Source of the DNA: Lama guanicoe
Lineage: Eukaryota
Length of the DNA stretch: 64,000 nucleotides
Assembly (NCBI GenBank): GCA_013239625.1
Contig: MU054323.1
Span: forward strand, 6,685,220 to 6,749,219
Direction: 5' to 3'
Shown: piece after piece, positions 26,191-40,289 of the stretch
Numbering within the stretch: the stretch's first letter is position 1
Layout: each line of letters begins with the position of its first letter
Notes under the pieces: generated by a model
Told to the model about the DNA's origin: nothing
Seen by the model: the letters and a program-made list of their open reading frames with translations, nothing else
The model's database searches: none
Translations under genes and position numbers: made by a program

Positions 26191-27946
26191 ATGGAATTCA
26201 TCTGGTTCTAGATGGTGAGCAGTTACTGGTTTTAGCAATTTCTCTGGCCAACTCTAGAAGTGCTTGGTATGTGTTAGGAACATTTATACATACTGTCAAA
26301 TGAACAGGCTCCTGGTACTGTGTTGCTCAGGATCAGTGACTGACTTATTTTTATAAGGCCACCTGTAATTCATTTAACTAGTTTAGCTGAAAAATTAAAA
26401 ATTTTAATTGTTAAGCAATAAAACAGTCACATAAGCATTGGTCTTCATTATTTGTATTTTATTTGATTAAACTCTACATGGAGCAAGTAAAGTAAGCAAG
26501 ACTAGTCTCTGGCATGTGACTTAAAATGAATAATATTAACAGACTAATAAAATTAGGATATTACATAATAAAATATAGATATAAATAGTTAAAATTTTTA
26601 TGGCTTAAGATTTTGTTGTTGAAATACCTGGTCACTTAATACAAAGTAAATATGGTTAAATGTAGTATAAGAGTGTCAGATGAATCTGCAGAGTAGTTAT
26701 ATTAACTATCCACAGTTTAAAAGCAGAGATGGTGTGGGTTCATTGGATTAAAAAGCAAGTGTGCAAACCCAAAGTAAGAGTGTTTATCACATCTTGACCC
26801 TTGCTTGAACTCTGAGCATCAGAATAAGTTATAGCTGATGTTATAGTTAAATTAGATTTAACTAATTTAAATCTAATTTAGCATTGAGAAAAAGCTTATC
26901 TTTTATTTTGAAAAAGTTAGTATTAAAAACATGTTTCCTGTTAAGTTTCTAAATTATTGAATGTGGATTTAGGAATAATTTATTTTGAGGACATTTATTT
27001 TGACATCTTTTGTTAAATTTATTTCTCCTTTGGTATTTTGAGAGATTAGAGGTGATTCAAGCTATATTACTTGGAAGAAGGCTGTCTTGCTGTCTTAGTT
27101 TCTTGCTTGCTTGTTTTCCCTTATGTTATGAAAGGAGAATGGAATATTGTAGAAAATAGGGGAAATATTAAAAAGTAGAAGAGAGAAAAAAAAGCACAGG
27201 GCACGTAAAACAAGCAAGTAACTAACCATACATATATAGTCCTATCCCTAGACAAAAGCTGTGAATATTTTGGTGGACTTAGGAAAGTTATGATCTGGAT
27301 TTATAATTTTATTCAGAATTTTGGGGTGTTATTTCCAAAGCAAATAAATATTCTTTAATTCATTGGATCAGGAGTTCAAAACAAGAAAACAAACAACAGA
27401 GACCTTTGGCGAATCTCTTTCAAGAAAGAAGTTAGTATTCTTAGTTTTTAGTTCTGTTACTGAGGAATAGCTGCAGCAGCTCAGCCAGCGGGTAATCAGT
27501 CACTCTCTGAGCTGCTTGAGTGTGACCTCCTGTGTGCCAGCTTGGTGGTGAACAGGCTGAGCTTTGCTCTGCATGTTATAAAGGCACAAGTGACATGGAC
27601 CCTGATCTATGAAATATATTTTTCCCTTTATGACTATGAATAGGTTTTGCCTTTCTTTAATTGAAGGGGACCAAAGACAAAAGTTCATTAAGCTGTAAAT
27701 GCAAATAATTATATGGCACTGTTGTTAATTGAGCCAGACTAATGGCCATGGCCACCCTTATGAAATGATAGTAATAATTATATTGGTAGGGATGGACTTA
27801 AAAAAAAAAAAAACAAATTTGGCCTAACTCCCTTTCTTAGTCTGATAATCTGACCTTTTTCTCTCTTCTCTAACTCGTTAGTGTCATCTTCTTCCTATTT
27901 GTTGAATGAATGACCAAAAGCTGGGACTGACTACAAATCTCATGTT

Positions 27947-28123
27947 TTTTTTTTTAAACTTTATTTTATTGGGTTATAGTCATTTTACAATGTTGTGTCA
28001 AATTCCAGTGAAATCTCATGTTCTTTTTTTTTTCACTGTGCCTTTAGATCTTCAAAAAAATTTTTTTAAACATTTTTTTAATTGAGTTATAGTCATTTTA
28101 CAATGTTGTGTCAAATTCCAGTG
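27947..28123 (-). mobile_element. Two tandem ultra-short young L1 3' stubs
   Basis: Each reads polyT...ttatagtcattttacaatgttgtgtcaaattccagtg followed by aaatctcatgttctt; same motif as the L1 3' end at ~37400. Confidence 0.85.
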
Positions 28124-28294
28124 AAATCTCATGTTCTTAATTACTGTGATATACAGGCTCTCTAACATTTATTACTGAGTTTTCGTAATGACTTAGTTTT
28201 AATAATTATGATTCAGTAACTGTATACTACTTCATCTAGTGGTGCTATAATTATTTAAACCATTTCTCATCATTTAATTTATTTCTGAAGGATG

Positions 28295-28680
28295 GAATAA
28301 TTCATTCAGCATACATTTAGCAGCCTTTATTTAGTATGAGACTTTGTGTGCCAGCATCATAAAGATGAAGAAAATATGGACCTTGTCCTCAGGTAATTCT
28401 CAGACTATAGTGGCAGTAGATATATCAACAATTATTATATTGGTATCTGATAAGGGCACATACTAGAGGCATTTTGAAGGTACAGAGAGAGTATACCAGA
28501 TGTAGTATCCAATTCTGTGGGAGCTCAAAATTGGCTTCTGAATGGGGATAGTGTAGAAATTGGAGGAGGAAGGACACCTGAATAAGATGCAGCAATCAAA
28601 ATGTACATCGAGGGATGGTTTTGGCCAGATACTAAAGTAGATTGGAAGAGTGCTAAAGATTGTCATGGATGAAAAGTGTG
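28295..28680 (-). mobile_element. L2 fragment
   Basis: ttcattcagcatacatt...gtgtgccagcatc...ggaccttgtcctcagg. Confidence 0.6.
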
Positions 28681-29121
28681 AAGTAAAACTTTTATCATTA
28701 GCAATATAATAATTTTCTCTAGTAATTTTTAATCTAACACATTGTTGGAGTAAGATTCTTACTTTTAAAGACCTGAAAGGGGTAACACATTTACCTTGTA
28801 TTTGTCTTAAAATACGTAGTACTCATACTCTTAGGAGAGCGTAGGATTGAGTATGTAGAATTCCTTTAAACTATAAACAGTGAGTATAATAAAGTAATGG
28901 TTGTAGAAGTGAACACTTTTAGTGCTTATTATACACCAGGCACTTTAAACATTTTACACATGTTATTCAGAATAATATATTTTACCTTCAGTTATATGTA
29001 TGGTTAAGTCATGATTCTCTGTAGGTAGATTATTTGCATTTGAATTATTCATTTATTCCAAAAGGTATCTTCATTGACTGTGTCCTTCCATCTTCCCCTT
29101 GGTATCCTTCTTCGAGTTGTT

Positions 29122-31391
29122 GTTTTTTTTTTTCAACTGAAGTATTATTGACTTACAATGTTGTGTTCTGGTGTATAGCATATTGATTCACTTAAACATA
29201 TATATTCTTTATCATTGTAAGTTATTTTAATTGAATATTGTTCCCTGTGCTATACAGTAGAAACTTGTTGTTTATTTATTTTATGTATAGTAGTTAGTAT
29301 CTGCAAATCCCAAACTCCTAATTTATCATGTCTCCCTGTTCCCCCTGGTAACTGTAAGTTTGTTTTCTATGTCTATGAGTCTATTTCTGTTTTATAAATA
29401 AGTCTGTGTCTTGGCTATTGTAAATAATGCTGCTATGAACATTGGGATGCATGTATCTTTTCAAATTAGAGTTTCCTATAGATATATGGTCAGGAATGGG
29501 ATTGCTGGATCATATGGTAAATCTGTTTTCAGTTTTTTAAGGAATCTCCATACTGTTTTCTATAGTGGCTACACCAAATTACATTCCCACCAACAGTGGA
29601 GGAGAGTTCCCTCTTTTCCATACCCTCGCCAGCATTTATTATTTGTGGACTTTTTAATATGGCCATTTTGACCTATGTGAGGTGATAACTCACTGTGGTT
29701 TTAATTTACATTTCCTTGATAATTAGCGATATTGAGCATCTTTTCACGTGCTTGATGGCCATCTGTATGTCTTCATTGGAGAAATGTCCATTTAGGTTTT
29801 CTGCCCATTTTTTGATTGGGTTGTTTGTTTTTTGTTATTGAGTTGTATAAGTTGTTGGTATATTCTGGAAATTAATCCCTTGTCAGTTGCATTGTTTGCA
29901 GATATTTTCTCCCATTCCATAGGCTGCCCTTTCATTTTATTCATTTTGTCCTTTGTGTGCAAAAGCTCATTAGTTTAATTAGGTCCCATTTATTTATTTT
30001 TGCTTTTATTTCTATTACCTTGGTAGACTGACCTAGGAGAACGTTGCTAAGATTTATATCAGAGAATGTTTTACCTATGTTTTCTTAGATTTATGGTATC
30101 CTGTCTTATGTTTAACTCTTTAAGCCATTTTGAGTTTATTTTTGTGTATGGTGTGAGGGAGTGTTCTAACTTCATTGATACACTTGTGGCTATGCAGCTT
30201 ACCCAACACCACTTGCTGAAAAGACTGTCTTTTCTCTATTGTATATTCTTGCATCTTTTGTCGAAGATTAATTGACCATAGGCCTGTGGGTTTATTTCTG
30301 GGCTCTCTATTCTGTTCCACTGATCCATATGTCTGCTTTTATGCCAATACCATGCTGTTTTTATTACTGTAACTCTGTAGTATTTTATGAAGTCTGGGAG
30401 GGTTATGCCTCTAGCTTTGTTTCTTTTTCTTCAGAATTGCTTTTGCTATTCTGGGTCTTTTGTGATTCCATATACATTTTAGGATTATTTGTTCTAGTTC
30501 TGTGGAAAAGTGCCCTGGATAATATGTTAGGGATCACATTAAATCTGTGTATTGCTTTGGGTAGTATGGCCATTTTAACAATAATAATTCTTCTAATCCG
30601 AGAGCATGGGATATCTTTTTATTTTTAAAAATCATCTTTAATTTCCTTTATCAGTGTTTTATAGTTCTCATTTTATACGTGTTTCGCCTCCTGGTCAGGT
30701 TTATTCCTAAGTATTTTTTTTTTTTGATGCAATTTTAAAAGGGACTGTTTTATTACTCTCTGTTTTTCTGATTTTCATTGTTATTGTAAAGAAATGCAAC
30801 TGATTTCTGTATGTTAATCTTGTATTCTGCTACCTTACTGAATTTGTTTATCAGCTGTAGTAGTTTTTGTGTGGAGTCTTTAGGGTTTTCTATACATAGT
30901 GTATCATCTGCATATAGTGACAGTTTTACCTCTTCTGTTCAAATTTGCATCCCTTTTATTTCTTTTTCTTGTCTGATTGCTATGGCTAGGACTTCCAATA
31001 CTGTGTTGAACAGAAGTGGTGAGAGTGGGCATCCTTTTCTTGTTCCAGGTTTTAGCAATAAGGCTTTCAACTTTTTACTGTTAAGTATTATGTTGGATGT
31101 GGGTTTGTCACGGATATATGTTCTCTCTGTACCCACTTTGATCAGTGTTTTTATCATGAATGGATGTTGAATTTTATCAGATGCTTTTTCTACATCTATT
31201 GAGATGATCATGTGGTTTTTGTCCTTTCTTTTGTTGATGCAGTGTGTCACATTTATTGATTTGCGTATGTTGAACCATCCTCATAACCCTGAGATGAATT
31301 CAACTTGATTGTAGTGTATGATCTTTTTTATGTGTTGTTGGATTTGGTTTGCTAGTATTTTGTTGAGAATTTTGCACCTCTGTTCATCAAA
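29122..31391 (-). mobile_element. 5'-truncated L1 (ORF2 RT to 3' UTR, internal deletion near 29405)
   Basis: RT motif translation [26 protein letters not shown]...[14 protein letters not shown]; polyT at ~29123; approximate TSD ttc(g/c)agttgtt. Confidence 0.95.
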
Positions 31392-32879
31392 TTTCCAGTT
31401 GTTTTTATGGCACCAGACTAGCTTTTAAAAAGTAAAATCATTTATACCTATTTTTTAAAGCTATTAAAAGATTGATTTTGTATTTCTACCTTATTTGTTG
31501 ATATTTGATGGGTTATGATGAGAGAACGAATATCATGTAAGCCTGAGAAAAGTATATAGACTCATTTTCCTCAGTCTTAGAATCTTCTTACTACTTCTTA
31601 ATATTTCATATATCTATTTAAGGTTTTTTTCCAGTTCATTTTTAATCATCTATACAAGTACCAATGGAAAACATTTTCCCCAGTCCTATTTATTGTCAAA
31701 GACTCTCTTCTCCCTGTAAACAATGGATACAATTCTTGGAAACCATAGGCTTTTAAAGGATTTGAAGGCTCAGAACTAGAGCAAGGAAAAAAGTTATGCA
31801 ACAGAATACAATTATGGGAGCTGATTTCAGACAAGGCTTATGATGGACTTTACAGAAGAATATCTTCACCCATATTGTCTGATTATTTTTTTAATTTCAC
31901 TATTATGTTGCCTGAAATTCTTGTTATTAAGCATTAGTTTGGATAGAAAGATACCTGCTTTTTAGATACCTCTGGTTAGGTTAAGAGTTTATAATCATTT
32001 TTATAAATTGTCATAGTCAGATCACCTCTCCACCCCTAGTTGTGATTAAAAAGGAGAAACATAATTTTAGACATTATTGTGGTAAGTTGGAGCAGCCAGA
32101 GTTGGACTAGAGTAGGGTACTATGGTATGAGGAGATTGGAAGATACTGAAATTGAGAAAGAGGAGCATGGGCGATGCTATGCAGAAAGGTGGAATTTACA
32201 AAAGACAGATTGTTTTATTAAAAAGTCACTAGGATTGCCACTTTAGGGAGTGATTGTTTTAGGGGAAAAAGGGACATATTTTCTTTGTTTTTTTTGGAGG
32301 TGAAATAACTAGATAGGTTTATTTAAAAAATGAATTGCAATCTCTACATTACACCATTTACATAAGTTAATTGAAAATATGCATAAACATAAAATTGAAA
32401 GCATAAGATTACTAGAAGAGAATATAGAATACTTTTGCAGCCTGAATGTAGGTAGAGAGTTAAGTCTATTTTGTTCCGATGATCTCCTGCGCACCTGCTT
32501 GAAACTCAAGTTGATTCTTCAATGTAGTCTCATTTTTCGTATTTGGTAGGCTAGTATGTATGGAAAGATAAAAGCAAATAAAATGTGACTCCACTTTAAT
32601 TAATGTTGTAGTACAGCTTTGTGAAATAAGCTTTTGGGGACTAGCCTGTCAGTTGGACTATAATTTGTGACATTTATTTTATGGCAATATGCATATAAAA
32701 TGTTAAATGAGTAATACACAGTTAAAATCAAGGATATGATTTGTTGTAGAGAACAGAGACCTCGTGTGAAGGATAAGGATTAGGGAAACAGAATTTGAGA
32801 TTTGTAAGGAATCTTTGGTTTTTGAGTCTGTTTCTCTTCTGCTTGATTATTTTTTAGTAATAATGATCCTGAGGTTTGT

Positions 32880-34090
32880 TTCTTTATATTATCTACTTAT
32901 TGGCCCCAGTTCTACTCTCTGAAGTTGTGTAGAACAAATCTCTGTCCATTTCGGCACATCAAGGGTTCAGATATTTAATGACTGCTTTGATGTCTCTGTT
33001 TGATGATAGCTGTTCTGTCTTCCCAAATGCTTCTCTTTTCCAGGATAATTTCCATAGCCTAATTGTTTCTTGTATACCATTGTTTTCAGACGTTTGGATA
33101 TCTTAGATATTCTCTAACTTTAAATCCTTTAAATAATGGTATTCAGAACCTCATATAATGGTTTAAATGTGATTCTGATCAGCTCAGATTAGAATGGATC
33201 TGTTTTTATCAGTGTGATTAAGATCAGTGCGATTAAACTAGTTTTTTTTTTTAAATGACTGTATATCCCATATTTTGTTCCCATTAACTGCTTTGGTCAC
33301 ATAAGCCTGTAGGTTTATTTGTTTGTTTATCTATCTATCAATTTATTTTCATAATTGGCTTTTGTGTCAGGTCTTCTTGTCTTCATTTTAACCTAAGAAT
33401 AGGGAAGAGATTGGTGTAATAAATCAAGCCATGAACTCGAGAAACAAAACGATTTGGGTTTTGCCACTTATTAGTAAAATGTCCTTGGGTTAACTTAGGC
33501 TTTTTAAAAAATATATAACAAAGATAATAATGCCTCATTAATAGGATTGTTATGAGGACTACATGAAATAATCTAGGGAAAGGACTTTAATGTACTTCAT
33601 TCAAGTGCTTTACTTAACTCTTAATTTTTAAAAATGTTTTAAATAAATATTAAATAAGTACAAAAGAATATATAAAAATCTGTAACTGATAAAGAATACT
33701 ATACTTTATGTGCTTATCACCCTAAATTTCTATCTAGTTTATTTTTAGCCCAGTATTCTACCCTAAACGGGTGATCTAAATGATCTAAAGATCATTTACC
33801 ACTTTTAATCTTCATTTATTGCGTTCTCTAGCCTTGTGTTCTCAGCTTTGTGTTATCAACCAATATGATGGACAAGTTTTTGAATTATTGGAACAAGTCA
33901 TTGAAAAAAAATTTAACAGGGCAGTCAGAGGCAGGCCACTGCAATCCTGTTCATTGGTGGATACTGACTGCTTAATCAGCACTTTCTGGGGGCAGATTTT
34001 ATAAGCTGCTTCTCTTCTGCCTGGAAGTTACTTTAACTAGTTACTTTCCACCATTTTTTTCTCTACAAGGGTATTTGAGAAATCAATGTC
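32880..34090. mobile_element. Ancient CR1/L3-like fragments with an inserted MIR (~33410-33600)
   Basis: MIR core is clear; flanks resemble L3 (cagaacctcatataatggtttaaatgtgattctgatcag). Confidence 0.4.
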
Positions 34091-36174
34091 AGATATATAT
34101 TCATTTTAGTATTTCCTAACTTACCCACCTAATTTTTTGATGGTTATGCTGTGAAAATTGTTTGCTAATTTTATGGAAAAAATCAGCCATACTTCACATA
34201 ATGATATAACTTAAGCTCTTAGATATTTTAGCTAGTCGTAAAATATACATGTTCTTCGGGTTTAGCTTATTACAGATTTTTAAAAACTGTTTTTACATTT
34301 CTCAGATTTCTTTTTTTAGTTCTTAGTGCAATCTACCATGAACTAAGAAATTCTCTACTACTTCTCAGAAACAACATTTTATTTAAATAGTTCTCACTAA
34401 AGATTGCAAATTACATCAGAGTTGGAACCAAAGATTTCCAGTTTTAGAATTAACAATAGGTTATTTTTCTGGTACCACATTTGTAAGTCTTTTAGTGGTC
34501 AGCAGAATATCTGAAGAAGTTTTGGACAAAAGACATTCAGTACAGTTTTGATTTAAACAAAGGATGATCAATGTGTTCACCATTAAGAGAGAGAGAAGCA
34601 TCATTGTTTTAATAAATACATTTACCTTGTCACTTATGTTGTGACATTCAATGAGAATCTTTATTGTGACTAACAGCATGGAATTTCTAGCTGATCAGGG
34701 GTGTTTATTTTGGGAAATAAAGACATGCCTGATGAACAGAAAAACATGTTTCTTATATTTATTTTTTGCAGTAGTATGGCCCTGGGTCTGTGTTGCAGAT
34801 TTTTTGCTTTTGTTCATTTTGTCTCTCAGGTGGAGTATTGATTCTTTTTCCTACTGTGGTCTGTTATTCTTAACCTAGCTTTTGTTTTCACATAGCTACT
34901 CCTCACCAGTTTATCATCTATATGCAAATTAAACATAATAACATGCAGTGGCACTCCAGTCACTCTGTCTCAAGCTAGGTTAGTTTGCACTTTCCTTTTA
35001 CTTTGTTCAGTACTTCCTTTAAAATGATAAAGTCCAGACTCCACATGTGTTTAGACTTGTATGTATAGGACCTTTGCAAATCTGGTTAGTACTGGTAAGG
35101 AAAGGAGGGACTGAGAAATGTCTTGAGGTAGAAAAATAAGGAAAAGAAAATATATTTGTGAATATTTTAAATAGAGGGTATCTTTTGAAAGGGGTTGACT
35201 GCTATACAACCAAAGTCTAGTAGGCATTTCTTATATATCAGATTTCTTTATAGCCTCATCTCAGTAGTGTTAAGGCCCTATAATAAAAAATGATCTTACA
35301 GCTTCCTAAGTGTTGCAGTGCAAGATGACTAAGAGTGACTGTGATGGACTGCCCAGTAGAAAACTATCTTGGCTAATTTTTTGTTTCTAAGATAGGTGTC
35401 AAGGTACAACTAGTTTTCAAAAACTGTCAGAAACTCCTTTTCCTTCCTCATAAGCCCACAAATATGCAGGTTTGGAAAATTTACCTTGTTTTCAATGTTA
35501 AGAGATGACTTCTTATGTTTGTTTGTTTGTTTATTTGTTAGGGTGTCTGATAAAAGTACAGAATGTATCCACAAAAAGAGCAAGTCATATCTGTGTTTGT
35601 TACTTGATCACCTAGCAAAATCAACTCTATGGCCTGAATGAATTCTTTTCACCTTTCCTTCCCTAGTTTGAGCACTAGTAGCTGCTGCCTCTAAGAGAAG
35701 TCTTATTCAAAGGCAAACTATAGCTGAATGTTGATAGACTAAAATTTAGGTGATAGTGCATGTTGGGGGAACTTTCATTTTCAAGCAGTATTCAGCTATT
35801 AAGATGGTATTATCCTTACCAAAGCCCCACATGGCATGAACAGTAATAGGCTATATCAATAAATGAATGAGCTTTGTAATGGGAATTTGAGGACCCGAAT
35901 TCTAATCCATGTTCTGTTATCATTTATGAGCTTGAGCAGATCACTTTCCCTCTCTTGGAAGTAATTCTTTAACTTGTAACATGAGGACTTCAGTGTTGTA
36001 CTTTCTTAAAATCTTTTCTGATTTAAAATGATTGCATGATTACTGTACCTTCCTCACTGCCTCCAAATGTCTGTGTATGCTTTTCCCCTTTCTTTTTGTT
36101 GTAGGAAAAGTTAAATGACTTTCCAAGATCGATTCACATGACTGTGAAACTGCCCATCCTAATTCTTCCAGTTT

Positions 36175-36900
36175 TTTTATTGTTCATTCATTTATCCATC
36201 AACATATATTAGGCATGTACAAGATTTCAGGTTCTTTTAGATCCTGGGATGAGAAAGATCTGGAAGACATAGATGCTGTCCTTAAGGAGGGAGGTTACAG
36301 TTGAGTAAGGGAAGAAAAACATTCAATACAGCATAATAAAAAAGGGATGAACATGGCAGTGTGATGGCACAAAGAGGAAGTGAATCTTTTTTGGCTAGTC
36401 AAGTAAGGGTTTACAAAGGAGGGTATCCCTGGCCAGAGTTTTAAAATTAAAAAAAAAAAAAACTTTTTCTCCCTCAATACAAGTAGTAGATTCTTAATGT
36501 AAAAATATTAGGAAATATAGATAAGCAAAAATCAGGAAAACAATCACTATTAATACCTTGATGTGTATCTCTTTGAAGATGGGTTTTAAAGGATGCCTAG
36601 AAGATTAAAAAGAAGCTGGGGAAGGAAGCGTTAGAGACAAAAGCAATGATGAATACAAAGGTATGAAGTTCTGAAAAAGCATGTTTTGTATGACCAGTCA
36701 TAAATAGTTAGGTGTGACTGGACGACGAAGAGTATTGCATGGGGGATGGGAAGATGTGGGGAGTCATCAGTCATTTCATAGAGGACTTTGAATGTGATAC
36801 TAGGACATTTAGAGTCTGTCTGTAGTAAGTCAGGAGCCAACAAAACATTTTAAGCCGGGAAAGGGACAGTTTCATGATGTGATTGCATTAAAAAACCAAA
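36175..36900 (-). mobile_element. L2 fragment
   Basis: ttcattcatttatccatcaacatatatt terminus; purine-rich body. Confidence 0.65.
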
Positions 36901-37398
36901 AACCAAAACCAAAAACAAGCCACCTTATTCTGGCGAGTTTCAAGAAGGCAGACTGAATACTCACTACCTTTCTGCCTTCCTTCACCAAATCTATAGAAAT
37001 AATAGAAAAAAAATATGTAGCCATCTATAAAAATAAGAAGGGAAAATCTTCATTATTCAAAAACAGTGAAGAATTTTTGAAAATAGGTAAGAGGTCCTAT
37101 GAGTAATGCTTATAGCCAGAGGTAGGGGAAACTGGGAGCAGAAAGGGGTCCCAGAGTAATCAATATGGTGATTCAGTAGCATTATGGCACTTGAGCAGCC
37201 AAGCTGCTCCAACCTCTGTACATTCCAATACCAGTTTGGACCAAGCAAAAGATCTGTTTCCATGTGAGAACTGCATGAAGGAACCTAGGTCTGTGAGGTG
37301 GGGAAGCACTCTGGGTAACTGGTGATTCTCACACTTAGAAGACCAGGCTCTGAGGCACCCCATCTGGTGGCATGTTCTGCTCCTCTTCCACTCCTACT

Positions 37399-38421
37399 TG
37401 TTTTAACATTTTTTTTTATTGAGTAGTAGTCATTTTACAATGTTGTGTCAAATTCCAGTGTAGAGCACAATTTTTCAGTTATACATGAACATACATACAT
37501 TCATTGTCACATTTTTTTTCTCTGTGAGCTACCGCAAGATCTTGTATATATTTCCCTGTGCTATACAGTATAATCTTGTTTATCTTTTCTACATTTTGAA
37601 ATCCTGTCTATCCTTTCCCACCCTCCGCCCCCTTGGCAACCACAAGTTTGTATTCTATGTCTGTGAGTCTGTTTCTGTTTTGTATTTATGTTTGTTTTTG
37701 TTTTTGTTTTTTTGTTTTGTTTTTAGATTCCACGTATGAGTGATCTCATATGGTATTTTTCTTTCTCTTTCTGGCTTACTTCACTTAGAATGACATTCTC
37801 CAGGAATATCCATGTTGCTGCAAATGGCATTACATTGTCGGTTTTTATGGCTGAGTAGTATTCCATTGTATAAATATACCACATCTTCTTTATCCAGTCA
37901 TCTGTTGATGGACATTTAGGCTGTCTTGTCTTGGCTGTTGTAAATAGTGCTGCTATGAACATCGGGGTGCAGGTGTCATTTTGAAGTAGGGTTCTTTCTG
38001 GATATATGCCCAGGAGCGGGATTCCTGGGTCATATGGTAAGTCTATTCCTAGTCTTTTGAGTAATCTCTATACTGTTTTCCACAGTGGCTGGGCCAAACT
38101 GCATTCCCACAAGCAGTGTGGGAGGGTTCACTTTTCTCCACAGCCTCTCCAGCATTTGTCATTTGTGGACTTTTGAATGATGGCCATTCTGACTGGTGTG
38201 AGGTGATAACTCATTGTAGTTTTTTTTTTTTTAACATTTTTTATTGATTTATAATCATTTTACAATGTTGTGTCAAATTCCAGTGTTCACAATTTTTCAG
38301 TCATTCATGGACATATACACACTCATTGTCACATTTTTTTCTCTGTGATTTATCATAACATTTTGTGTATATTTCCCTGTGACCTCATTGTAGTTTTGAT
38401 TTGCATTTCTCTGATAATTAG
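37399..38421 (-). mobile_element. Young lineage L1, 5'-truncated
   Basis: ORF2 C-terminus [12 protein letters not shown]...[16 protein letters not shown] tcttc(c/t)actcctact at 37384-37398 and 38422-38436. Confidence 0.95.
38223..38383 (-). mobile_element. Younger L1 3' stub nested in the previous L1
   Basis: polyT-aacattttttattgatttataatc...; TSD ctcattgtagttt at 38210-38222 and 38385-38397. Confidence 0.9.
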
Positions 38422-38839
38422 TCTTCTACTCCTACTGAAAGCAGTATGAAATGAGTGTTGCTCTCTGAATGAGCTGTACCAAAAGAAGGCAGCAGAATGT
38501 AATAGAATACCAAATACAAAGAAAAGAATCTCCAAATGTTTCAGGAAAATCAACACCATGAAAGAGAATCAACAAAAGGAAGAGCTTAATGTCAAGTAAA
38601 AAGTGACTAGAACAGAGTTCTAGTATAAGTGTAGCCAATAATTCTAGAGAGATAGGGAATTTATTATATTCTTAACAAGTAGTTATAAAACAAGAGTAGG
38701 CATTTATTAAGAAGAATCAGTTAGAGATCTGGGGAATGAAAAATTTGGTGGTTGAAATGGAATAATCTTTTTGGGGCCAGTGGAGGATGGATTAGAGCAG
38801 TGCATGATTGGTAGTAGAAGAGAACTGACTCTTAATGAT

Positions 38840-40280
38840 GATTCAGTGATACAGTGAGATCTTGAACTAAGATAGTAGCAGTAGGGATAGAGCTGAGGAA
38901 ACAGATACAAGAGATGTTTAAAAATGTAGAATTAATGAGGCCAGCTGGATGTGGGAATGAAAGAGAAGGAGGAATCTAGAATATTCCTAGGTTTCTTGTT
39001 TAGTTAAGTGAAGAGGTGATATTGCTGGAAACCATGGTAGCAAATTCCAGAGTAAGAGCATTTTAGTGGGTGGTAATAGAGGATTCTACTCTCTTATTTA
39101 GACATGTTGAAATTGAGGTACTTGTAAGACAATCAGGTAGAGAATTGTCTGTTAGAGTAATGGATATGTGGATCTGGAACTCAAATATTTTGGGTTTGAG
39201 CAAGATTTGAAAGTCATATATAGGTGATAGTGGTAGTGGGTCTCATGCTCATGGTGAGATTGCTCAGGAAGAATGCACAGACTTTTGAGACAAAATGACC
39301 ACTAGGTATGTAGAAGTAGAGGAAGGGAGGGAAAAGAGGTGCACCATGATAGAATATGAGAATAGAATAGGAGCACTTAACCCAGATTTGGGAGAGAGGC
39401 AGAGATGGCTTTCTGAAGAAGGAACATCTGAGTTGAGACAAGAAGACAAGAGAGAGAAATTGAGAAGATTTCAGATTAGTTGACTGCAGAAAATACAAAG
39501 TGAGAGAAAGAAGCAGATGACACTGGAGAGGTAACCAGGGACAGTATCACACAAAAACCTTGAAAACAGTATCGAGGCAGTTGGGCTTTATCTGGGGTTG
39601 GGCGGGAGCCTACTAAAATATTTTAATCATGAAAACATGATATGATTTGTTTTTTAGATCGAATACTCAGACAATACTGGAGAATATTGAATTAGAGCTG
39701 GTAAAATTGAAGGTAGTGAGATCAATTAGAGAGTTGTCTTATTTATTCATTTGTTCTAACAATAAATATTTCTAGGTTAGAGGTGGTGTTAGGCTGGCTG
39801 TGGTGAGATCATGGGATGGAGAGAAGCAGATGAATTTGAGAAAGATTTAGGCTTTGGTGGTTGGCTATTCAGAAGATATAGAGAGAAGAGAACAGCCCTG
39901 ATCTTAAATTTCTGGCTTGTGCAATAGGTAGATGATGATGATGATGATGCCATTTAGTAGAGGAATCCGGGAGGAGAAGATTAAGGAAGGATGATGTGTT
40001 CAGTTTGAGGTTCCTGTGGAACACCTAAGTTGACATCCAGTAGATAGTTAGATAAATCGGTTTGAAGTATAGGAGAGAGATCTGGGTTGGAGATACTGAT
40101 TTGGAAAGTATCAACATTTGCAAGGTAACTAAAGTCGTGGATATAAAAGCTCACCCAGGTAGAAGGTGCAGAGAGAGGAGATAATTTAGGTGAAAGATCT
40201 TAGGACACACATATTTAATGAGGATTCTTCTGATAAGCCTTTTGGAAGGAATGACTGAAAAGTAGAACAAAAATTCAGGA
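38840..40280 (-). mobile_element. L2 fragments
   Basis: tttagacatgttgaaattgaggtac; gatagttagataaatcggtttgaagtataggagagagatctggg. Confidence 0.65.
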
Positions 40281-40289
40281 GGTACACCT

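Noticed and set aside
36060..36110. Strong acceptor-like site (cccctttctttttgttgtag)
   Set aside because: No convincing downstream donor; runs into L2
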